Assembly: GCA_964594835.1 (NCBI GenBank) | Contig: CAZQNA010000006.1 | Span: 64,001-128,000, forward strand | Length of the DNA: 64,000 nucleotides | DNA from: an uncultured Nitrososphaerota archaeon | Lineage (GTDB): Archaea > Korarchaeota > Korarchaeia > Korarchaeales > Korarchaeaceae | Direction of reading: 5' to 3' | Shown: positions 1-7,793 of the stretch, piece by piece | Position numbering within the stretch: the first letter of the stretch is position 1 | How the letters are laid out: every line of letters begins with the position of its first letter | Program-made: the position numbers and the translations under genes | Notes under the pieces: generated by a model | Database searches by the model: none | What the model was told of the DNA's origin: nothing | What the model saw: only the letters and a program-made list of their open reading frames with translations

Positions 1-833
1 AGGCGGGGGCGGACATCAGCATCCAGAGCACCCACAAGCAGGGCGGATCGCTCCAGCAGACCGGCATGATACATTGGAGGGACGAGCGGGTCGACTACGA
101 CGTCATGTGGGAGGCCTACAGGGGCTACGTCACCACGAGCCCCTCTTACCACCTGATGGCCTCGCTGGACGCAGCCAGGGCCCACATGGTGGAGAGGGGG
201 AGGGAGGAGATCGACAGGCTGATACGCCTCTCCGAGAGGTTCAGGGGCATGCTGAGGGAGCGGCTGCCGAGGCTGGGCGTCCTCGACTCCGGCTACCTCG
301 AGAGGTGGGCGGAGCACGTCGGAGGGGTCGACCTGACCAAGACCCTCCTCTCCCTCACCTCCTACCGGGTGACGGGGTTCTGGCTGGACGAGGAGCTGCA
401 GAGGAGGTACAGGGTCGTCCCCGAGACCGCCAACTACAACTCGCTCCTGTTCATAGCCACGTTCCAGCTGCCCGAGGACGCCGTGGAGGCGACAGTGGAC
501 GCCCTCGAGAGCCTGCTCACCGGGGCCGAGGCCCCCGGCGGGAAGAGGCTCCTGACCCCGCCCCTCAGGGACAGGCCCCCGAAGATAGAGCCCTACCTCC
601 TGAGGAGGATGCCGAAGAAGCTGATCACCCAGAGGATACCGCTCGACCTGGCAGTCGGCATGATCTCGGCGGAGACCGTGGTGACCTACCCGCCCGGCGT
701 GCCCATACTCATCAAGGGACACAGGATCGAGAGGGAGGCGGTCGAGTACCTGAAGGCGGCGAGGGACGCTGGCGGGCTGCTGATAGCCAGGGACCCCACC
801 CTCAGGGAGGTGGAGGTCCTCAAGTTCACCTGA
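1..833 (+). CDS. PLP-dependent Orn/Lys/Arg decarboxylase family protein, 5'-truncated by the window edge
   Basis: Frame is open from the window start: ADISIQSTHKQGGSLQQTGMIH (PLP-lysine STHK), TTSPSY and C-terminal YPPGVP..G..I motifs. Confidence 0.9.
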   Translation, partial: AGADISIQSTHKQGGSLQQTGMIHWRDERVDYDVMWEAYRGYVTTSPSYHLMASLDAARAHMVERGREEIDRLIRLSERFRGMLRERLPRLGVLDSGYLERWAEHVGGVDLTKTLLSLTSYRVTGFWLDEELQRRYRVVPETANYNSLLFIATFQLPEDAVEATVDALESLLTGAEAPGGKRLLTPPLRDRPPKIEPYLLRRMPKKLITQRIPLDLAVGMISAETVVTYPPGVPILIKGHRIEREAVEYLKAARDAGGLLIARDPTLREVEVLKFT

Positions 834-856
834 TTCCAGCCGGCCCGGGCAGAGGG

Positions 857-2630
857 TCACAGGCTCGGGCGCCAGCGGAGCCTCAGCAGGAGCGCGTTGG
901 CCACCGCTATGATGGAGCTGGCCGACATCACCAGGGCAGAGATCTCCGGCGGTATCAGCACCCCGTACCGGCCGTAGAGGGCTCCTGCCGCCAGTGGAAT
1001 TGCCACGGCGTTGTAGCCGGTGGCCCAGAACAGGTTCTGGACCATCTTGGAGTAGGCCGCCTGGGAGAGCTCGAAGAGCCTGACCACGTCCAGCGGGTCG
1101 CTCCTCACCAGCACCACGTCCGCGGACTCCATGGCGACGTTCGTGCCCGCCTCTATGGCCACGCCCACGTCGGCCCTGGCCAGCGCGGGGGCGTCGTTTA
1201 TGCTGTCGCCCACCATCACGACGACCTCCCCGGCCTCCTGGAGCCTTGTCATTGCTCTCTCCTTGTCCTCCGGCATTACCTCCGCCACGAACCTCTCTAT
1301 GCCCAGCTCCTGGGCTATGGCCGAGGCAGTGGCCTCGTTGTCGCCCGCCGCCTCCACTATCGCCCCGGCCATCGGGTGCTCCGAGCTGGCCTCCACGGAG
1401 GCCGCGAGGGCCAGGAGTTTCGTCCTCCCCCACCCCGCGAGCGGGCCTGACGGACACAACCCTCGGCCTGCCCTCGGTCAGGGTCCCGGTCTTGTCGAAC
1501 ACAACCGTGGTGGCCGTCCTGAGCCGCTCGAAGACCCCGGCGTCCTTCACGAGGATGCCCATCCTGGCCGCCAGGCCGGTCGCGAGCGTGGTCACGACGG
1601 GCATCGCCAGGCCAAGGGCGTGGGGACACGTGATCACCATGACTGAGATCGCCAGGGACAGGGCGAACACTCCCCCCGTCCCTCGCGCGAGCGCCTAGTA
1701 CGAGTAGGTCGCCAGCGCCGCGACCACCGCTATCATCGTGAGGTAGTGGGCCGCCCTGTCCGCGAGCCTCTGGAGGCTGGGCTTGCTCTCCTCGGCCTCC
1801 CTCACGAGCCTCACGATCTGGGCGAACGCCGTGTCCTCCCCGACCCTGACCGCCCTCACCTTCACGGCCCCGTGGGCGTTTATCGTCCCGGCGGCCACCT
1901 CCTCGCCCGGGCCCTTCCTCACGGGCTTGGACTCGCCAGTGAGCATGCTCTCGTCCGCGCAGGTCTCGCCCTCGACGACGACGCCGTCCACGGGGAAGGA
2001 CTCTCCCGGCCTGACCAGCACCGTGTCCCCGACCCTGACCTCCTCCGCAGGAACCTCCAGGATCTCCCCGTCCCTGATCACCCTGGCTGTGACGGGCGCC
2101 ATCTCCATCAGGGCGTCCAGGGCCGTCCTGGTGCGCCTGAACGCCTTCATCTCCATCCAGTGCCCGAACAGCAGGAAGACCGTGAGCGTGGTGACGGCCT
2201 CGAAGAAGTCGTCGCCCCCGAAGATGAACGTGGCCCCGACGCTGTAGATGTACCCGGAGAGGAGGGCCAGGCTCACGAGGACGTTCATCCCCAGCAGGCC
2301 CCTCTTCAGCGTGGAGTAGCCCCCCTTGAAGAAGGGCCTGCCGCCGTAGAAGACCACCACAGTCGACAGCGCGAAGATCAGGTAATCCAGCCCCGGGATC
2401 TCGGGAAGCCTCAGCCCCAGGAACTGTGCGAACCTGGAGTAGAGGAAGACGGGAGTGGTCAGCGCCAGGGACGCGAGGAACCTGTTCCTCATGTCTCGCT
2501 CCATGGCTTCGTGGTCGTGTCCCGCGTGTGCCCCCCGTGCTCCGGTCGCTTTCCCCCCTCCACGCACGTCGTGGCTGTGTTCCACAGCGCCGGCGGCCCC
2601 ACCCGCTGAGCTACCCTCCGTGGACATCAT
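857..2630 (-). pseudogene. copB: Disrupted CopB-type (P1B-3) copper-transporting P-type ATPase
   Basis: His-rich N-terminus, TGES, CPHALGLA, DKTGTLT, SEHP, GDN, GDSINDAPAL and YN motifs are present. They are broken by an in-frame TAG (1695-1697), a +1 frameshift (about 1418-1420) and an internal deletion of most of the N-domain (about 1345-1350). Confidence 0.9.
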
Positions 2631-2640
2631 GTCACGAGTC

Positions 2641-2670
2641 AATACATCGAATATAAACATATATTTATGG
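2641..2670 (-). promoter_or_regulatory. AT-rich TATA-like promoter region of copB
   Basis: ataaatatatgtttatattcg on the minus strand, about 20-35 nt upstream of the ATG. Confidence 0.5.
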
Positions 2671-2744
2671 TGGATCGGGATTAGAGGGGCGACAGGGTCC
2701 CTCTGGTAACTCACAGGTCCTGTGCGGGGGCGCGGATCTGAGCC

Positions 2745-2760
2745 AAAGTATTTAAATACA
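2745..2760 (+). promoter_or_regulatory. BRE/TATA promoter (aaagtatttaaata), divergent from copB
   Basis: Purine run followed by TTTAAATA in an AT-rich island. Confidence 0.55.
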
Positions 2761-2999
2761 ATATATCTTCAATAGATTTAGCTGATTGAGATGACGCGAG
2801 ATGTTTCGGGAGTCGGCGTTAGGGCGACTCACCCGGGTGAAGGGATTGGGGCCGAGGGACCGGGCAAGTTCCACGGGTACTCCACGATCGACTGTGAGCT
2901 CAACCGGGAGATGGGCGGGATTCCGGACGAGAGGACCGCCGCCGGAGGACTCCGGCACGGCTTAAGGCGAGGCGGACTCACTCGGAGAGGTGAGAGCTG

Positions 3000-3158
3000 A
3001 TGTGCCCGTGCTGGAGCTGGGGATTTGGTGGGGGATGGATGTGGGGACCGGGCCTGTTCCTGTGGTGGCTGCCGGTCCTCCTTATAGGGCTCGGCGTCCT
3101 GGGGATCCTCCTCCTTCTCCTGGGGCGTACCCGCCGAGAATGGGGAGAAGTGTCTTAA
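3000..3158 (+). CDS. Small 52-aa membrane protein (MCPCWSWGFGGGWMWGPGLFLWWLPVLLIG...), below the ORF-track cutoff
   Basis: Translated by hand. GAGGTGA SD upstream, Gly/Trp/Met-rich N-terminus, one hydrophobic helix, stop TAA at 3156-3158. Confidence 0.6.
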   Translation: MCPCWSWGFGGGWMWGPGLFLWWLPVLLIGLGVLGILLLLLGRTRREWGEVS

Positions 3159-3182
3159 ATTGACAGTGAGAGAGCGCGCGAG

Positions 3183-3701
3183 ATGACGGAGGGTTTCAGG
3201 CCCAGGGGGCTCGTTAGGACCCTGATCCTCCTCTCGCTCTACAAGGGCAAGAGGCACGGCTACGGCATAATGGAGGATGTGGAGAAGATAACCGGGAAGA
3301 GGCCGAGCGCGGGCGAGGTGTACCCGTTCCTCAGGAGGCTCGAGAGGGAGGGCTACGTCAGGGTGGAGGAGGACAGGGCCAGCAGGAGGAAGGTCTACGA
3401 GCTCACCGAGGCTGGCCGCCTCCTCGTCGAGGACACGGTCGAGAGGATGTCCGGGATAATAGAGGCCATCGTGGAGGCCAAGATCACGGTCTGCGCCAAC
3501 TGCGGGGTGAAGATATACGAGGGGGGCGTGGAGGTGGAGGTGGACGGCCGCAGACTGAGGTTCTGCTGCGAGCACTGCGCCGCGAATTACCTTGCGAAGA
3601 GGGGAATCGTGGAGGCAGTCATGCATCCCCTGACCGACGTGAGCGAAGATCGAGCCTCGGGCGGGTCCGATGAGGACCTTGAGACGCCGCGGGATCGCTA
3701 G
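3183..3701 (+). CDS. PadR-family regulator with a C-terminal TRASH/YHS-like metal-binding domain
   Basis: HGYGI...PSAGEVYPFLRRLE...RKVYELT winged HTH, followed by CANC...FCCEHC. Confidence 0.85.
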   Translation: MTEGFRPRGLVRTLILLSLYKGKRHGYGIMEDVEKITGKRPSAGEVYPFLRRLEREGYVRVEEDRASRRKVYELTEAGRLLVEDTVERMSGIIEAIVEAKITVCANCGVKIYEGGVEVEVDGRRLRFCCEHCAANYLAKRGIVEAVMHPLTDVSEDRASGGSDEDLETPRDR

Positions 3702-3853
3702 GACAGCATTTAGGGAGATCCGTCCCTGGGCTACCCCGCCGCATCGGGGGCCAAGTCTTCCCTAGCCCCTTGGGGGATCGGGGGCTGGTCGCCCGGGACC
3801 GCGGGGCCTGGGCAACTAACTTTTTCTCCCAGCGCCGAAGAGAGGGAGGAGAG

Positions 3854-5071
3854 ATGCCCTCGGATGTGAAGAGGCTCCTGGAGGCCCACGGGCGGCCGGA
3901 GAGGGAGGTGTACCTCGACTACGAGAACTCCGGGCGGGTCCCCCCGGAGGTCGTGGAGGCCATGCTCCCCTACTTCAACGAGGTGGGCTACGGCCACCCG
4001 TCCATAACCAACAGGCCGGGGTGGGAGGCCTTCGAACTCGTCCAGGAGACCGCCGAGACGGTTGCACGGACCCTGGGCGTGGATCCCGAGGACGTCCACT
4101 TCACACACAGCGGGACGGAGGCCAACAACCTCGCGATAATCGGCGCCGCGAGGGCCAACCGCTCCAGGGGGAGGAAGATAGTGGTCTCGGCCGTCGAGCA
4201 CCTCAGCGTGATACTGCCCGCGGAGTCGCTCGAGGACGCGGGGTTCACGGTGATCAGGGCCCCGGTGGACGGGGAGGGCTTCGTCGACCAGGACGTTCTG
4301 GCCGAGCTGGTGGACAGGGAGACCGTCTTGGTGTCGGTCCAGGCGGTCAACCACGAGATCGGCACCATTCAGAGGGTGAGGGGGCTCTCGGAGGTCGTGA
4401 GGGACAAGAACGCCGACGTCATATTTCACACGGACGCGTGCGACGCCTACGGCAGGATCAGGATCGACGCGGACGCCATGGGGGTCGACATGATCACCCT
4501 CAGCTCCCACAAGGTCCTGGGACCCAAGGGCGTCGGCGTGCTTTACGTGGCCGACGGCTTGAGGGTCGAGCCCGTGCTGAGGGGCGCCCTCAGCTCGGAG
4601 CCCCTCTGGCCGGGCGTGGAGAACGTCCCCGCCCTTGCGGGCTTCAAGAGGGCCGTGGAGCTCGCATTTGAGGACTTCGACGGCTCGAACGAGAGGGTCC
4701 GGTCCCTCAGGGATCGACTGATGGACTCCCTGCTCTCAGGGGTGCCGGAGGCCCTCCTGAACGGCCCTAGGGGCGAGGAGAGGGTGTCAGACAACCTCAA
4801 CCTCAGTTTCCTCCACGTGGAGGGGGAGGCCCTCACCGTGGAACTCAGCATGAGGGGGGTCTACGTCTCCAGCGGGAGCGCCTGCACGAGCCGGGTGCTC
4901 GAGCCCAGCCACGTCATGCTCGCCATAGGCAGGAGGTACGAGGAGGCCCACGGCAGCATCCTCTTCAGGCTCACGAGGTACCACACCCCTGAGGACGTGG
5001 ACTACGTTGCGAGACAGGTGCCAGAGGCCGTGGAGAGACTCCGTCGCATGAGCCCGCTGGGCAAGGGGTAA
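3854..5071 (+). CDS. iscS: Group I cysteine desulfurase
   Basis: SGTEANN, EH, HTDA, SSHK (PLP lysine) and SSGSAC catalytic motif. ATG at 3854 follows GGAGG. Confidence 0.92.
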   Translation: MPSDVKRLLEAHGRPEREVYLDYENSGRVPPEVVEAMLPYFNEVGYGHPSITNRPGWEAFELVQETAETVARTLGVDPEDVHFTHSGTEANNLAIIGAARANRSRGRKIVVSAVEHLSVILPAESLEDAGFTVIRAPVDGEGFVDQDVLAELVDRETVLVSVQAVNHEIGTIQRVRGLSEVVRDKNADVIFHTDACDAYGRIRIDADAMGVDMITLSSHKVLGPKGVGVLYVADGLRVEPVLRGALSSEPLWPGVENVPALAGFKRAVELAFEDFDGSNERVRSLRDRLMDSLLSGVPEALLNGPRGEERVSDNLNLSFLHVEGEALTVELSMRGVYVSSGSACTSRVLEPSHVMLAIGRRYEEAHGSILFRLTRYHTPEDVDYVARQVPEAVERLRRMSPLGKG

Positions 5072-5110
5072 ATACTCCCCTAGATGACCATGGTTGTAGG
5101 AGGGCCCGGC

Positions 5111-5617
5111 ATGAGCACCAGGGTTCCGCTTCCGTACACGCCGAAGGTGCTGGAGCTGTTCAGGAACCCCAAGAACCTGGGCAGGATGGAGAATCCGGAC
5201 GCCTCGGCGCAGGCCGGAAGCCCGGCGTGCGGCGACGTCATCAGCCTCTACCTGAGGATAGCGGAGAGGGACGGGGTGGAGGTCATAGAGGACGCCAAGT
5301 TCGAGAGCTACGGGTGCGCGGCCAATATAGCCGCGGCCAGCATGCTGACGGAGATGATCAAGGGAAAGTCCGTCAGGCGGGCCTGGGAGCTGGGGTGGCG
5401 CGAGGTGGCCGAGGCCCTGGGCGGCCTGCCCCCGGTGAAGAGGCACTGCAGCGTCCTCGCGGTGGGCGCCCTCAGGAGGGCCATCAGGGCCTACTACGAG
5501 AAGAGGGGGAGGAGGCCAGAGTGGCTCCCAGAGGGGCTCACGGCTGCCGAGAAGCAGGCCCTTGAGGAGGAGGAGTTCATAGAGCGGGTGTTCGGTGGTA
5601 GGCTTGAGGGGGCCTGA
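5111..5617 (+). CDS. iscU: IscU/NifU N-terminal Fe-S scaffold protein
   Basis: Y..KVLELFRNPKN, CGD, GCA and LPPVKRHC motifs; lies directly after iscS. Confidence 0.92.
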   Translation: MSTRVPLPYTPKVLELFRNPKNLGRMENPDASAQAGSPACGDVISLYLRIAERDGVEVIEDAKFESYGCAANIAAASMLTEMIKGKSVRRAWELGWREVAEALGGLPPVKRHCSVLAVGALRRAIRAYYEKRGRRPEWLPEGLTAAEKQALEEEEFIERVFGGRLEGA

Positions 5618-5633
5618 GGCCGGAGGGACCCCG

Positions 5634-5882
5634 GTGGGCGACTACCGCGTCGTCGCCGAGCTCGACATCTCTGGCAGATCGAGGAAGTGCGTGGAGTCTC
5701 CCCTCGTGGCGCTCACCCGGGCCATGTCGGGTCTGCGGCCCGGCGAGGCCATAGTGGTGAGGTTCGATCCTGGGAGGACCCCCGCCAGGGCCATCGAGCT
5801 GATGGCGACCAAGAGGGGGCTGGGGTTCTCCCCACTCGGCGGGGGAGAGACGCGCTCCTGCCTGATCTACTCCCCGGGCTGA
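5634..5882 (+). CDS. TusA/SirA-like small sulfur-carrier protein (divergent)
   Basis: ELDISG..KCVESPLV...LRPGEAIVVRFD matches the SirA pattern; context is iscSU. Confidence 0.6.
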   Translation: MGDYRVVAELDISGRSRKCVESPLVALTRAMSGLRPGEAIVVRFDPGRTPARAIELMATKRGLGFSPLGGGETRSCLIYSPG

Positions 5883-5964
5883 GGACCCGAGGGGACGAGG
5901 GGCCCCCGAGAGGAAACCATATTATATGGGCCGAGGCGACCGCTCCTTCGGTGCTGGGGAATTG

Positions 5965-6330
5965 ATGGGGTTCGTGCTGGAGGGGGCCGCGTGGAAGGGT
6001 ACGGCCATATTCGGCAGCATAGGGCCTACCGAGATCATACTCCTGCTCATCCTGGCCCTGATACTCCTCGGGCCGAGCAAGCTGCCTGAGCTGGCCAGGA
6101 GCCTCGGTCAGGCCATCAACGAGTTCAAGAGGGCGACCTCACAGGCCATGGAGACCGCGCCGGCGACTCCCGCCCCCGCCCAGGCCCAGGTTCAGGAGGT
6201 GGCCCCGGCCAGGCGGGAGAAGAGCGTGAGGGAGCTTGCCAGGGAGCTCGGAATCGACACCACGGGCAAGACTGACGAGGAGCTGGAGAAGGAGATAATA
6301 GCACTCGTGAAGAAGAGCTCCTCCGAGTAG
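5965..6330 (+). CDS. tatA: Twin-arginine translocase TatA/E subunit
   Basis: IGPTEIILLLILALILLGPSKLPELARSLGQAINEFKRA, plus an archaeal-type tail ARELGIDTTGKTDEEL. Confidence 0.92.
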   Translation: MGFVLEGAAWKGTAIFGSIGPTEIILLLILALILLGPSKLPELARSLGQAINEFKRATSQAMETAPATPAPAQAQVQEVAPARREKSVRELARELGIDTTGKTDEELEKEIIALVKKSSSE

Positions 6331-6411
6331 GCGCGTGGTGAGGGGGGCCCGGCGGGGGCCCCGGCCGCCTGATTTTTACCTCTCCCCGCCTGGGGAGAGG
6401 GGTGACTCAGA

Positions 6412-7644
6412 CTGCTCGACGTCGAGAGCGTGAGGGCTGACTTCCCCATCCTGACCCGGAGCGTCTCGGGTAGGGCGCTCATCTACTTCGACAACGCCGC
6501 TACGACCCAGAGGCCCCGCCAGGTGATCGAGGCCGTGGCGAGGTTCTACGAGGAGCACAACGCCAACGTCCACAGGGGACTCCACACCCTGAGCCAGGAG
6601 GCCTCTGAGCTCTACGAGGAGGCCCACGAGGTCCTGGCGAAGTTCGTGGGGGCCTCCGGCATGGAGGAGGTCGCCTTCCTGGCCGGGACCACCGACGCCC
6701 TCAACGCCGTGGCGGACGGCTGGGCGTGTAGGCACCTCGCACCGGGGGACAGGATAGTCACGACCGTGCTGGAGCACCACAGCAACATGCTCCCGTGGAG
6801 GAGGGCGGCCCAGAGGACGGGGGCAGAGATCGTCTATGTCGACGTTACCGAGCGGGGCCTCCTGCGGTGGGACCAGCTGGAGAACGCGATTGACGAGAGG
6901 ACGAGGCTCGTCGCCATAACGGGCATGTCCAACGTCACGGGCCAGATCTTGGACGTGTCCGAGGTGGCCAAGCTGGCCCACGAGGTCGACGCCGTACTGG
7001 TGGTGGACGGAGCCCAGGCCGTCCCGCACCTGCCCATGGACGTCCGCGCCATGGGGGTAGACTTCCTGGCCTTCTCGGGCCACAAGATGCTCGGCCCCAC
7101 CGGCATAGGGGTCCTGTACGGGAGGAGGGACCTTCTGGAGGAGATGGATCCCCCGAGGGTCGGCGGGGGGATGATCAGCGATGTCACCCTAGAGGGCGCG
7201 GAGTGGGCGGACCTGCCCTGGAGGCTGGAGGCTGGCACGCCCCACATCGCCGGGGCGGTGGGCCTCGCCGAGGCGGCCAGGTACCTCATGAGGCTGGGGA
7301 TGGAGGCCGTCAGGGAGCACGAGAGGAGGCTGACCGACCTCACCCTCAGGCTCCTGGGGGACAGGCTCCCGGACGAGGTGGTGGTGTACGGGCCCACGGA
7401 CGTGGAGGAGAGGGGAGGGATAGTGACGTTCAACGTCAGGGGGCTCGACCCGCACATGACCGCGTCCCTGCTGGACTCCTTCGGCATAGCCGTGAGGTCC
7501 GGGCTCCACTGCGCGCACCCCCTGCACAGGAGGATGGGGGCACCCGAGGGCACCGTGAGGGCGAGCTTCTACGTGTACAACACCGAGGAGGAGGTCAGGA
7601 CCTTCGTGGACGCCCTGAGCGAGATAGCGGAGACCGCCGGGTAG
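6412..7644 (+). CDS. sufS: Group II cysteine desulfurase (probable CTG start at 6412; GTG alternative at 6430)
   Basis: DFPIL, YFDNAATTQ, EHHSN, DGAQ, FSGHK and RSGLHCA motifs. Confidence 0.93.
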   Translation: MLDVESVRADFPILTRSVSGRALIYFDNAATTQRPRQVIEAVARFYEEHNANVHRGLHTLSQEASELYEEAHEVLAKFVGASGMEEVAFLAGTTDALNAVADGWACRHLAPGDRIVTTVLEHHSNMLPWRRAAQRTGAEIVYVDVTERGLLRWDQLENAIDERTRLVAITGMSNVTGQILDVSEVAKLAHEVDAVLVVDGAQAVPHLPMDVRAMGVDFLAFSGHKMLGPTGIGVLYGRRDLLEEMDPPRVGGGMISDVTLEGAEWADLPWRLEAGTPHIAGAVGLAEAARYLMRLGMEAVREHERRLTDLTLRLLGDRLPDEVVVYGPTDVEERGGIVTFNVRGLDPHMTASLLDSFGIAVRSGLHCAHPLHRRMGAPEGTVRASFYVYNTEEEVRTFVDALSEIAETAG

Positions 7645-7793
7645 CCGCCGCCCTGCGTTAGGCGCCCACACCGATCGCCCCGACATGCGTGAAAACTATC
7701 ACCGCGACGGTGGGTCGGAAATGGTCGCGCGGACCTGAAGAACCACATCAACCCATAAAATGGTCCGAAGGGAGAGGTGACTGAGGCGGACAG

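Noticed and set aside
1695-1697. In-frame TAG in copB as pyrrolysine or readthrough
   Set aside because: The same gene also has a frameshift and a large deletion. A TGG-to-TAG nonsense change is the simpler explanation, and many genes here use TAG as a normal stop.
2791-3000. 69-aa ORF behind a good TATA box
   Set aside because: No recognisable motif and atypical composition. It may be a gene remnant, but I cannot support a call.
7645-7793. Possible cobalamin riboswitch or NrdR box upstream of nrdJ
   Set aside because: No B12-box (GGGAA / GCCACTG) elements or NrdR-like palindrome are visible.
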